Assembly (NCBI GenBank): GCA_017425065.1
Contig: JAFPJV010000024.1
Location: 8,410-72,409 of the forward strand
DNA from: Paludibacteraceae bacterium
GTDB lineage: Bacteria; Bacteroidota; Bacteroidia; Bacteroidales; Paludibacteraceae
Length of the DNA: 64,000 bases
Direction of reading: 5' to 3'
Part shown: positions 25,506-34,737 of the stretch, piece after piece
Layout: the number at the start of each line of letters is the position of its first letter
Numbering within the stretch: the first letter of the stretch is position 1
Translations under genes and position numbers: made by a program
Notes under the pieces: model-generated
Seen by the model: the letters and a program-made list of their open reading frames with translations, nothing else
The model's database searches: none
What the model was told of the DNA's origin: nothing

Positions 25506-28500
25506 ATGAGTAAAAAGATTTTATTCTTGAGTAGTGCAAAACTGACAGCCATGAGTTTTGGTCTGTTGTTGGCTATCTTTTGCACGATTGGTATGTCCTT
25601 TACGCCGGTAGAGGAGGTTGAAGTTATCGAAATCAACGATTCCACTTCGGTATCACCTCAGCGTCAAGTGAGAAAAAGCCACTGGAACGGAGGAGGGTGT
25701 AATGAATCCGATAGTAACAATAATGACTATGCCCGAACGTCTGTTGTTACGATGGGGCACGGAATAGTGTCTATTAAAAATACTACAAAAAACGGTAGCT
25801 TGACATCCATAACCACGAAGACTTCTACAAATGTAGCCGGCAACGAGGCTGTTATCACGTGGAATTGTAATAAAAGTACAAGTGGTCATACTAATAGTTT
25901 TGAATTAACCGCTACTCCGGATGAGGGTTATTACTTCGCAGGATGGAGCACATCGAATACAAGTAACACGGCATCATCAACGGAAAATCCTTGGACCATA
26001 CCTGTGACGATTCCGCATGGCGAGAAAGGGACATCTCAAAATAGCGAATGGGAAAATAGCAACAATCCGTATCCAACGACTTATTATGGTTATTTCGCAC
26101 CAATAACCTATGTAGATGTTACATTTGCTCCTGCACCGGAAGGGTGCTCATATGATATTACGGTTGGTGGTAATACGCAAACAGTAACTACCAGTAATGT
26201 TGTTAAGACGCATATTACAGAAGCAAAACTTTCTAATCCAGTCGCTTCTTCGGGTTATGTTTTTGCTGGTTGGTACCAGATTGATGGCTCGGGCAATGTG
26301 GTGGATATTACATCTGCATCTCCTACTATCAAGTTCTCTGAGAATGTGACTCTTGGAGCACGCTTTATCTCGACAACTTCTCTTCCTAAATTTAAAAATA
26401 TAACCAAGAATGCAGAGTACTATGGTCTTCGTTTGGCAATATTGGCGGCTTCAGCAAATGATGTGATAATCCCGGTGGCAGAAGAGACCGTTGTCGACGG
26501 TTCGGATTTGTTGTCCGCGGATAATGGAATATACACCATCCCTTCCGGTGTTAAACTATTGATACCTTATAGTTCTGCCAACGATTTCCAAACATTGCCG
26601 AAAGTTGTTACATCGACAGGTACTTTGTCAGCGTATAGGAAGTTGATTTTGATGGATGGTGTAAATGTCGTGGTAAGTAGTGGTGCGCAAATATGCATTG
26701 GTGGTCAAGCAATGGCTGCTAGTGGAAGTGCAACTGATGGTGCTACGGGTTATACGACGGGTGCTTGTGGTGTGTTAGATATGAGCCGTGGCGGACATCT
26801 GGAACTGAATAACGGATCCACACTCTACTGTTGGGGATTCGTTAAGGGTCAGGATATGGACCAAGGCAACAATACTATTGGGGTTGGGACGATTACGGTC
26901 AATTCCGGAGCTACCGTTTGGGAGAATTTCTCTGTAGGCGACTGGCGAGGAGGTTCTGCAACCTCCAGTATCGTAAATACTCGATTCTTTCCTTTCCAAA
27001 GTTATTTTATGCAGAACATCGAAGTGCCGACTACCTTTTGGCATGGTTCGTCGGAATGGTGTTATTTTACATTGAACGCAACCGGTGGCCCATACGATAC
27101 CAAATTTGCGGTTATCGGTAGTTCTAATTGTTTGTTCAAACTGACGGATGCTCAGTCAAAGGTGCGGACATGGTATGATCCAACTACTGATTTGATGTGT
27201 TATGAGTTGAGTGGAAGCGCAATATTGGATGAATTAAAGATAAAGATTACAGGTATTCCGTTTATTGGAACTATTGACATTCAATCTTCTCAGTTTGATT
27301 TGCCTATTACGAGCAATATGCATCTGATTTTAGCAGATTGCACTATGAATTTGACAAAACCATTGATAATACAACCGGGGGCGATTATTGAAATCAAGAA
27401 CAATGCTACGGTAACATTAACTAACTCTATCTATCTATATGATAAAGATGATTGGGGGCCTTGGGTTAATGGTAAATACTTTAAATCAAGGGGCAATCTA
27501 ACAACCCATAAAAATCGCGGAAATGGAGCTTCCAATGAATTTCTGGATGATGCTAAATTTATCATAGATGGTTCCTTTACAATCAGTTCAGCGGGTAAAT
27601 TGTTCTCAACAGCAGGAGGCGCTGCTTTGGTTGGTAATGGCGGTGGAACGCTTGCTTATCCGTCCTCTCTTTCAGGTTCTTCTACTTTAACATGGTATAA
27701 GAGCACAACAACAAGTGGTGATGGCGAAACCGGCACTGTAGCTGTAAATAATGCCAATCCTTGCAATGAAGACGAATCATATACCAAGGCTATTGCTTCT
27801 ACAACATTCTATAATGTGCATGGCCGCTGGTTTAAGTCAGGTAATCAAAACGAAAATACCGACCATACCTATAACTTCACTTATATAGCGAGTGGAGCCG
27901 TTAGTGGTACGGGTGGAACAGATGTCTCTCCAAATACCCATAATGCTGTTTATGCTCCGGATAAGACCGGTCTGACAGCCGGTATGAAATGGTGCAACGT
28001 AGCGCAAGATGGGACCTGTAGCAATATCTTTAATGCAACGCAGGCACTCAACGAGACGCCGGCAAGCGATATTCGCTATACCTATCCGTCGAGCAGTTGG
28101 TTGCAGTTGCTCAGGACAGAAACGGAAGGTGTCTATGGTGGTTCGGATAACAGTCTGTATGCAGTAGAAGGATGTGCGGTCAATTCGCTTGGATCGGTAG
28201 ATGAAAACTGCTTGTACACGATTAACGAAGTTAAAAAAGCGCTTGTAGATGGTCATTTCGTGGCTCTTGAGAAGAATACGGAAGACGAGGCATGGCATGA
28301 TGTGGCTAACCCGACTAATTACTATATCAGTTTCGAGGGATGTAACTGGCATCCGGCTACTAAATATGCCGGCGAAGAGAAGGCCTATATAGTAGAAGAA
28401 GGTGACTATATCTGGTATAACAACGACTGGTTGCTGGTGGAGCGTGAAGATCCGTTCTTCTTCGATTACAACGAGCAGAATGTAAAGCGCTACTATGAAT

Positions 28501-31500
28501 ATGAGGATGGCGCATGGGTACTTGCATCTCCGCGTGTCCGCGTAGTGGATGCAATAGAAACGCGTGATTTCTATAAATTGCCTGAGGCTATAACGGTTGC
28601 TTCCGGTAAGAAGAATGCTACTATTACGATTCTCAAAGACATTGCCGGCATCAACACAGAGATGACCTATACGGCAAAGAATACCACTTGTACTCTTGAC
28701 CTCAACGGTCATATAGTTAGCGGTGCATGTGCCAAACTGCTGACCATCAATGCCAGCGGCTCGACATTCACCATTACGGATAATACAATAGAGAAGAACG
28801 GACGTTTGGAGAATATCTATGCGCAAAACGCCGTTACCTATAACGTCACGGTAACTGCCGGTACGCTGAACCTCAATGCCGGTACTATCTATGCACAGAA
28901 TCTGCATCAATATCGCTACAAGAAAGGTGCATCTGATAATGTAGCGAGTATGGGAACTCGTGCAGTGCAGGTTGCGGCAGCACAAAGATTCAATATAACT
29001 GGTGGTCGTGTAGAAGCGAATGGTAAATACGAAGTCTATGGTATTGCTGCTACCGGTTCTGCCGCAAACCAAACGGTTGTAGATATCTCCGGCACTGGAG
29101 AAGTGTATGCAGAAGGTGCATTAAATACGTACGGTATAGCATGTGGCGGTAAACTTAATCTAAAGGCCGGCTTGGTCGAGGCTCATCTTAATTCTTCATG
29201 GGCCAATAGTTACAATACCGAAGGCTCTGACACGGATAAAAAAGCACACGCTACATGTCGTGCAATCACTATGTCTGCAAAAGCAAATGCTACGGCCTCC
29301 AGTTGCTATTATGGCACGTTGACGGTTACCGGTGGTACGATCAAAGCATCAACCGATGCAATATTGGCGCTTAGTTATACCTCAAATGTATATGGTGTAT
29401 ATATGAACATCAACGTGGCGGGTCTTGGTAATAGAAACTTCGCATCTACTTCCGGCACGAATGCACAACAAGCGTCCTCAATCGGTTCTATTAAAAATGC
29501 AGAAATAATCGTGGATAACAAGGCTAACTATGGTTATGGAATAAGTGTGTACGGACATTATAATTCATATAACAATTCGAATAGCGTCTTCAAAGTAGAA
29601 AATACTACGGTGGATGTTAAGGCATATTATTATGCATATGGCATATATGCATGCGGAGATATAGATGGTACAACAGGTGAATGCTACACTGGCGATGTGG
29701 AGTTGACTAATTGTACTGTCACGGCTGAAGCGACCACAGCTGATTATGCTTATGCTACATATGTATATGCAGGACAGAAAACGATTTACAAAGACAAGCA
29801 GGCAAACTATTACGGAGAGTACGCTACGGCAGCAAAAATGACCATCAATAGTGGAACTTATACGGCCAAGACAAAGAAGAGTACAGCATATGCGGTTGCT
29901 ACCAGTACGCGTGCGAAAACGATATACGATCCGGAAACCAGCGTAGAAGCCTCTCGAACATTGGGAGAAGGTAAAGAAGCGTATCCGACGCTTATTATAA
30001 AAGATGGAACATTCACGGCAGAGGCTACAACAACGACTGCACGTGCTGTGTCTTCCGGAGGTAATACAACAATTACCGGTGGAACATTTAAAGCTACTGC
30101 AACCAAATATTACTCATACGGATTATACGCGGTTGCTGGTACATTGACGGCATCAAATATCACGGTGAATGCTACTGCTAAAGGACGAGTAAGTTCTTCT
30201 GATAACAATGCGTACGCATACGGAGTGTTTGCTGATTGTGGAATTATCAGCTCCGGGAACCAAGCATGGACAGGTTATACTTATGCAAGTGACGTAACAT
30301 TAAATAACTGTACGGTCAATGCAACCGCAACAACCTATAACAACGCTCGCGGGCTATGCGTTAATGCAAAAAGCGCTTTGTTAACACAAGCCAATTATGA
30401 AGCACAAAAAACAACGAGTGGTTGGAGTGCTGCAACATGGGCAGCATATCAAGCAGTATTCCCGGGAGATAACACTGGTCGTGCAATCGCAGCCAGAGCA
30501 ACGGTTAATGGGGGTACTTTTACTGCTACAGCAGCCAAAGCTACTGCATATGGTGCACTAAGTACACAGACTGCACTACCTGCCAACAAAGAAGTAACCG
30601 CTTCGCCGGAGATGACGCTCAAAAATGCGACCTTTATTGCTACAACAGGAACAAGTACTACTGCATATGGTGTTCAATGCGGTGGACCGACGCTCATAGA
30701 CGGCTGTACTATTACGGCTACTGCAGGTAACCCAACATTCAAGAGTACGGCTTCCGGAGTTCGTGCTTTAGATAAAACGACCACCATCAAGAACTCGACC
30801 ATTACAGCTACTGCGACAGATGCTGCTTATGGATTGGAGGGATATGTGGAGATCAATGCGACGCACGGTTATTGCTGGCACGGTGAGTTTGATCTCAGCG
30901 AAGCAGGTACTACAGAAGTTACTGCTGAGGCAAAAACAAGTGGTAAGAAGGCATGGAGTGTTTATCTGCAAGCAACCAATAAAAATATTGCAAGTGGTAA
31001 TTTCGCAGGCGATTATGCTACTGCAGCCAATGCTACAATTAATGGCGGTACGTACAAAGCCATAGCAAGCGGCTCTGGCGCAAGTGCCTATTGCCTCTCG
31101 ATTGCAGGAAAAAAGACACAAGGCAGCGTTGTGGCACAACCGGAAGTGGAAGTGCTGGACGGTTTCTTTAATGGTGCTACTGCCGAAGTGGGAACGGCCG
31201 GTGTAGTAGGACATATGCAGCTGAAAGGCGGTTATTTCGTGCACAACACGAATCTTGCCACCTACGCTGTAGCTCCGAAGTCCGTTTGGACATTGCCCAC
31301 TACCCATGAACATTATAACCCGTATTATTACAAGATTGCTGAGCATTACAACATTGTGTTCATGAATGGTACTACGCAGTTGCAACAAAAAGACATGGAA
31401 GTTGGTTCTATTCCGGCATATACAAGCACGCCTACCAAAGATGCAGATGCTCAATATACCTATACCTTCGATGGCTGGTCAACGACAGATGGCGGTGATA

Positions 31501-33707
31501 AACTGGCATCATTGCCTGCGGTTTCTGCTGATGCTACCTATTTTGCACACTATAGTAAAACAGAGAAAAAATACACTGTAAATGTATTAGCTGGAGAACA
31601 CGGCTCGGTTAGTCCGGCATCGGTGAGCGGTATCGGTTGTGTGACGGCATCGGGTAATATTACTGCTACACCTAATACCGGCTACCGGTTTGCCAACTGG
31701 ACATTACCGACCGGTGTAACGGCAGCTGATGGTTATACATCGGAGAGTAATCCGATTCATATCCATGCAACGGCATCAGGCAAGACAATCACTGCTAACT
31801 TTGCCGCCAAGACTTATACGGTTACTTTGGATAACCAATCGGCAACGACTGCCGGTGCGGCAAGTGTAACGGCTACATATAATGAGGCAATGCCGTCTAT
31901 TGCAGCTAATCTGCCCGCAAGAACAGGATATGCGTTCGGCGGTTACTTCACCGAGACCAATGGCGGTGGCACGCAGTACTACAACGCTGATGGTACAAGT
32001 GCCCATATTTGGGATATAGATGCTGTTTCTCCGACTTTGTATGCTAAATGGACCTCTTCGGAAACCGGCTTCTATGTGGATATCGTAGATGTGGATAATT
32101 CAGCAAAGACACTGACGTTGAATACGAATAGCTGGGCATCGTCCGGTTGGGGTGCAACAGGTTATGTTATCAACGGCACTCATTATCTTAAGACGAAGCG
32201 TGAAATAGATCGTACGCTTATCATACCTTATACAGGTGAAGCAGGAGAGAGTTTCACTATTACCATTGAGACTGCAAGCGGTACAACTGTAAGTCTGCAT
32301 AACTACATCATCCCGACGGAGATAAAGAATAATGCTTCTTTGGGAGCACAGCAGGTAGTTTATGTCAAGAATAACGCTACTCTGACCGTAAATGCAAACA
32401 AGACAGTGAAGAACATCTATGTGGCTCCGGGTGCAAAACTGGTAGTGAACAGTGGCGTTACGTTGGAGGCTGATACAGTCTTCCTGCGTACCACGCCTTG
32501 GGAGTCGGCAGAACTGGAACTGAACGGAACCATTACCGGTCAGGTCTGCTACACGCGTATCATCAGCAAGAAAGATCAGTATTACCAGTTCGGTTTGCCT
32601 ATGCCGTGTCCGATAGCGGCAGTCCGTCTGTCTGATGGCAGCACCCCGAAATACGGCGGTGGATGGCTACTTCGTTCGTATAGCGAGCAGCACCGCGCCC
32701 AAAATGGTTCAGGTGCCGATATCGACAACTGGGTAACGCTGACCAATGAGGGTGCAGATGTGACTATACAAGGTGGTGTCGGTTATGAGATGTTCTCCAA
32801 CTCGGGGTACTACCGTGAGTACTACTTCCCTGTAGCCCATACAGACTTGTCCAACTCAGTATCCGTGACGCGTACCGAAGGAGGCAAGGCAGGAGAGAAA
32901 CATGCAGGATGGAACATCGTCGTGTCGCCGTTGATGAGTGCCGCTACCATCGAATCTGTTCCTGAAGGAATGAAGGTAAGCTGGTTGCAAGCAGACGGCT
33001 CGTATTGGCAGCGTTCTGTTACGGAAATCAAGCCGGCTATACCGTTCTCGTACCAGGCTACGGCCAATGGCTCGATATCGTTTGCTCAGTTGATTGCCGC
33101 TCCGGCTCTGCGCCGCGTTGCAGCAACCGAAGAACCGGTACGTATCCAGTGGATGCAGTTGGATATCCTGAATGCAACGGGTCTGTGCGACCAGACCGAA
33201 ATATACAGCCACCCGGCACGCTACGAGCAACGGTACCAGACCGGTATTGATGTAGCAAAGCAGTCGTTCAGCGCTTCGCGCGCGTTGATATATAGTTCGC
33301 ACGTGTATGGGGACATGGCCTTTGCCGGTGTTGCCGACTCGCTCTTGGAGCGCGGCGTAGCCATGACGGTTTATAGCCCGAGTGCGCAGGAGTTGACTAT
33401 CTCGATGCGCGAGAACGACTGGCTCGACCGCATGGCTCAGGTATGGCTCGTGGATCACGAGACGGGTGCACGCACCGACCTGCTGGCTTCGGACTATACC
33501 TTCGACGCTGCGGCAGGTACTACGGCCGGACGGTTCACAATAGAGGGCGTCTTCCGTGCACCGCAAGTAACGACGGATGTGGACAATGGACAATGGACAA
33601 TGGACAATGGACAGGGTACAAAGGCGAAGAAGCTGATCTTGCGCGACAAGATGTATATCCTCGTCGGCGACACATTGTACGACGCTACCGGTAGATTGGT
33701 CAAATAA
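25506..33707 (+). CDS. Giant (2733 aa) secreted surface protein with Listeria-Bacteroides-type repeats flanking a degenerate beta-helix-like repeat region
   Basis: Signal-like N-terminus MSKKILFLSSAKLTAMSFGLLLAIF. Motifs GYYFAGWS, GYVFAGWY, YTFDGWSTTDGG, GYRFANWT and GYAFGGYF occur. About 20 copies of ...T-A-x-A...AYG... units follow. It ends in a short tail, RDKMYILVGDTLYDATGRLVK. The start is moved from 25440 to M23 because of the promoter position. Confidence 0.85.
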   Translation: MSKKILFLSSAKLTAMSFGLLLAIFCTIGMSFTPVEEVEVIEINDSTSVSPQRQVRKSHWNGGGCNESDSNNNDYARTSVVTMGHGIVSIKNTTKNGSLTSITTKTSTNVAGNEAVITWNCNKSTSGHTNSFELTATPDEGYYFAGWSTSNTSNTASSTENPWTIPVTIPHGEKGTSQNSEWENSNNPYPTTYYGYFAPITYVDVTFAPAPEGCSYDITVGGNTQTVTTSNVVKTHITEAKLSNPVASSGYVFAGWYQIDGSGNVVDITSASPTIKFSENVTLGARFISTTSLPKFKNITKNAEYYGLRLAILAASANDVIIPVAEETVVDGSDLLSADNGIYTIPSGVKLLIPYSSANDFQTLPKVVTSTGTLSAYRKLILMDGVNVVVSSGAQICIGGQAMAASGSATDGATGYTTGACGVLDMSRGGHLELNNGSTLYCWGFVKGQDMDQGNNTIGVGTITVNSGATVWENFSVGDWRGGSATSSIVNTRFFPFQSYFMQNIEVPTTFWHGSSEWCYFTLNATGGPYDTKFAVIGSSNCLFKLTDAQSKVRTWYDPTTDLMCYELSGSAILDELKIKITGIPFIGTIDIQSSQFDLPITSNMHLILADCTMNLTKPLIIQPGAIIEIKNNATVTLTNSIYLYDKDDWGPWVNGKYFKSRGNLTTHKNRGNGASNEFLDDAKFIIDGSFTISSAGKLFSTAGGAALVGNGGGTLAYPSSLSGSSTLTWYKSTTTSGDGETGTVAVNNANPCNEDESYTKAIASTTFYNVHGRWFKSGNQNENTDHTYNFTYIASGAVSGTGGTDVSPNTHNAVYAPDKTGLTAGMKWCNVAQDGTCSNIFNATQALNETPASDIRYTYPSSSWLQLLRTETEGVYGGSDNSLYAVEGCAVNSLGSVDENCLYTINEVKKALVDGHFVALEKNTEDEAWHDVANPTNYYISFEGCNWHPATKYAGEEKAYIVEEGDYIWYNNDWLLVEREDPFFFDYNEQNVKRYYEYEDGAWVLASPRVRVVDAIETRDFYKLPEAITVASGKKNATITILKDIAGINTEMTYTAKNTTCTLDLNGHIVSGACAKLLTINASGSTFTITDNTIEKNGRLENIYAQNAVTYNVTVTAGTLNLNAGTIYAQNLHQYRYKKGASDNVASMGTRAVQVAAAQRFNITGGRVEANGKYEVYGIAATGSAANQTVVDISGTGEVYAEGALNTYGIACGGKLNLKAGLVEAHLNSSWANSYNTEGSDTDKKAHATCRAITMSAKANATASSCYYGTLTVTGGTIKASTDAILALSYTSNVYGVYMNINVAGLGNRNFASTSGTNAQQASSIGSIKNAEIIVDNKANYGYGISVYGHYNSYNNSNSVFKVENTTVDVKAYYYAYGIYACGDIDGTTGECYTGDVELTNCTVTAEATTADYAYATYVYAGQKTIYKDKQANYYGEYATAAKMTINSGTYTAKTKKSTAYAVATSTRAKTIYDPETSVEASRTLGEGKEAYPTLIIKDGTFTAEATTTTARAVSSGGNTTITGGTFKATATKYYSYGLYAVAGTLTASNITVNATAKGRVSSSDNNAYAYGVFADCGIISSGNQAWTGYTYASDVTLNNCTVNATATTYNNARGLCVNAKSALLTQANYEAQKTTSGWSAATWAAYQAVFPGDNTGRAIAARATVNGGTFTATAAKATAYGALSTQTALPANKEVTASPEMTLKNATFIATTGTSTTAYGVQCGGPTLIDGCTITATAGNPTFKSTASGVRALDKTTTIKNSTITATATDAAYGLEGYVEINATHGYCWHGEFDLSEAGTTEVTAEAKTSGKKAWSVYLQATNKNIASGNFAGDYATAANATINGGTYKAIASGSGASAYCLSIAGKKTQGSVVAQPEVEVLDGFFNGATAEVGTAGVVGHMQLKGGYFVHNTNLATYAVAPKSVWTLPTTHEHYNPYYYKIAEHYNIVFMNGTTQLQQKDMEVGSIPAYTSTPTKDADAQYTYTFDGWSTTDGGDKLASLPAVSADATYFAHYSKTEKKYTVNVLAGEHGSVSPASVSGIGCVTASGNITATPNTGYRFANWTLPTGVTAADGYTSESNPIHIHATASGKTITANFAAKTYTVTLDNQSATTAGAASVTATYNEAMPSIAANLPARTGYAFGGYFTETNGGGTQYYNADGTSAHIWDIDAVSPTLYAKWTSSETGFYVDIVDVDNSAKTLTLNTNSWASSGWGATGYVINGTHYLKTKREIDRTLIIPYTGEAGESFTITIETASGTTVSLHNYIIPTEIKNNASLGAQQVVYVKNNATLTVNANKTVKNIYVAPGAKLVVNSGVTLEADTVFLRTTPWESAELELNGTITGQVCYTRIISKKDQYYQFGLPMPCPIAAVRLSDGSTPKYGGGWLLRSYSEQHRAQNGSGADIDNWVTLTNEGADVTIQGGVGYEMFSNSGYYREYYFPVAHTDLSNSVSVTRTEGGKAGEKHAGWNIVVSPLMSAATIESVPEGMKVSWLQADGSYWQRSVTEIKPAIPFSYQATANGSISFAQLIAAPALRRVAATEEPVRIQWMQLDILNATGLCDQTEIYSHPARYEQRYQTGIDVAKQSFSASRALIYSSHVYGDMAFAGVADSLLERGVAMTVYSPSAQELTISMRENDWLDRMAQVWLVDHETGARTDLLASDYTFDAAAGTTAGRFTIEGVFRAPQVTTDVDNGQWTMDNGQGTKAKKLILRDKMYILVGDTLYDATGRLVK
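33581..33615 (+). repeat. In-frame heptamer array GGACAAT x4 (+GGACAGG) near the 3' end of the giant gene
   Basis: ggacaat x4 then ggacagg. It encodes DNGQWTMDNGQG, 30 codons before the stop. Confidence 0.9.
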
Positions 33708-33708
33708 C

Positions 33709-33742
33709 TGATAATTGAATACTGAATACTGAAACTGAATAT
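33709..33742. repeat. Heptamer array TGAATAC-like x5 immediately after the giant gene stop
   Basis: tgataat tgaatac tgaatac tgaaac tgaatat. Confidence 0.8.
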
Positions 33743-33792
33743 TAGTCTGTTATACATATACCTGTGAAGGTAGATTATATTAAGGTACAAAA

Positions 33793-34617
33793 ATGAAAAA
33801 GAATTTTGTGGATGATTCCCGTGGCGGGATGATTATCTTTCTTGGTGTGCTGTTAGCTGCGCTCTGGATGCTCATCGCCCACGGAGCATATGAGGAGAGT
33901 AAGCGGGAGAAGTATGACGGCAGTGTGCATCCGGGTGCCGTAAGTAGCGGCACCCGAAACGCAACACCTGCGCCGACAGTGTCGATGCCGACATACCGTA
34001 GTCACACACCCATGGTGAGCGGTGCCGCGGTGCGCAGTTATGCTTATTCCGGTCACGCAACGATGCCGACTGCGGCATCCGGTTCGGGTTTCACGGTACG
34101 TACCACTTCATCGGCTACGCTCCATTCGTACGGTTCCGGTGGAGGCGGCGGAGGAGGCTTCAGTGGCGGAGGTTCGTCTTCCTCACGCGGTGGTATCACG
34201 TATGGCGGAGGAACCGTATCTATGCCTGCTTTGGCAATGGCTACGCCTTCGCGCCGCTCCCGTAGCGAGGCCGGTCTGATGGCAGAAATGGCGTCGTCAA
34301 CTTCCGACCAAGTTGCTGCAGCTGGACCTGCCTTAAGACGGGTTCTTCCTAATGGTAACGGAGAATACAATGGTGAATATTATAATGGCCAATGGTGGAA
34401 CGAAGATGAAGAGGAATGGGTTGATGATCCGTTTGAAGGAGCTGTCAAAAATGAAGGTGGCATTATGTACCGCTATGAAGGTGGGGAATGGGTTCCCATT
34501 GAGAACCAGGCCGACCCGAACGCACCTGTCGGCGATGTGCCTTGGATCATCCTTCTGACGATGGTAGCAGTATATGCCTTTGCTAAAAAACGCACGTCCA
34601 AAACATGCGATAAATAG
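33793..34617 (+). CDS. Membrane protein with N- and C-terminal TM helices and a Gly/Ser-rich disordered centre (hypothetical)
   Basis: TM1 is MIIFLGVLLAALWMLIA and TM2 is VPWIILLTMVAVYAFA. There is a GSGGGGGGGFSGGGSSSS tract and an acidic, aromatic W/Y/E-rich segment. Confidence 0.6.
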   Translation: MKKNFVDDSRGGMIIFLGVLLAALWMLIAHGAYEESKREKYDGSVHPGAVSSGTRNATPAPTVSMPTYRSHTPMVSGAAVRSYAYSGHATMPTAASGSGFTVRTTSSATLHSYGSGGGGGGGFSGGGSSSSRGGITYGGGTVSMPALAMATPSRRSRSEAGLMAEMASSTSDQVAAAGPALRRVLPNGNGEYNGEYYNGQWWNEDEEEWVDDPFEGAVKNEGGIMYRYEGGEWVPIENQADPNAPVGDVPWIILLTMVAVYAFAKKRTSKTCDK

Positions 34618-34700
34618 TATTTTTCACCAGAATAGAGGTTAAAAAACCAAGTTTTTGTGAAAAAATGCTAAAAATAGTTGCATATGTCGAAATAATATTG

Positions 34701-34708
34701 TAATTTTG
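34701..34708 (+). promoter_or_regulatory. -7 box TAATTTTG; overlaps the 15-nt palindrome TTTTGCGGCGCAAAA (34704-34718)
   Basis: Preceded by TTGCATATG. It lies 30 nt upstream of the ATG at 34738. Confidence 0.55.
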
Positions 34709-34737
34709 CGGCGCAAAAATAATGGATTGCGGAATCG

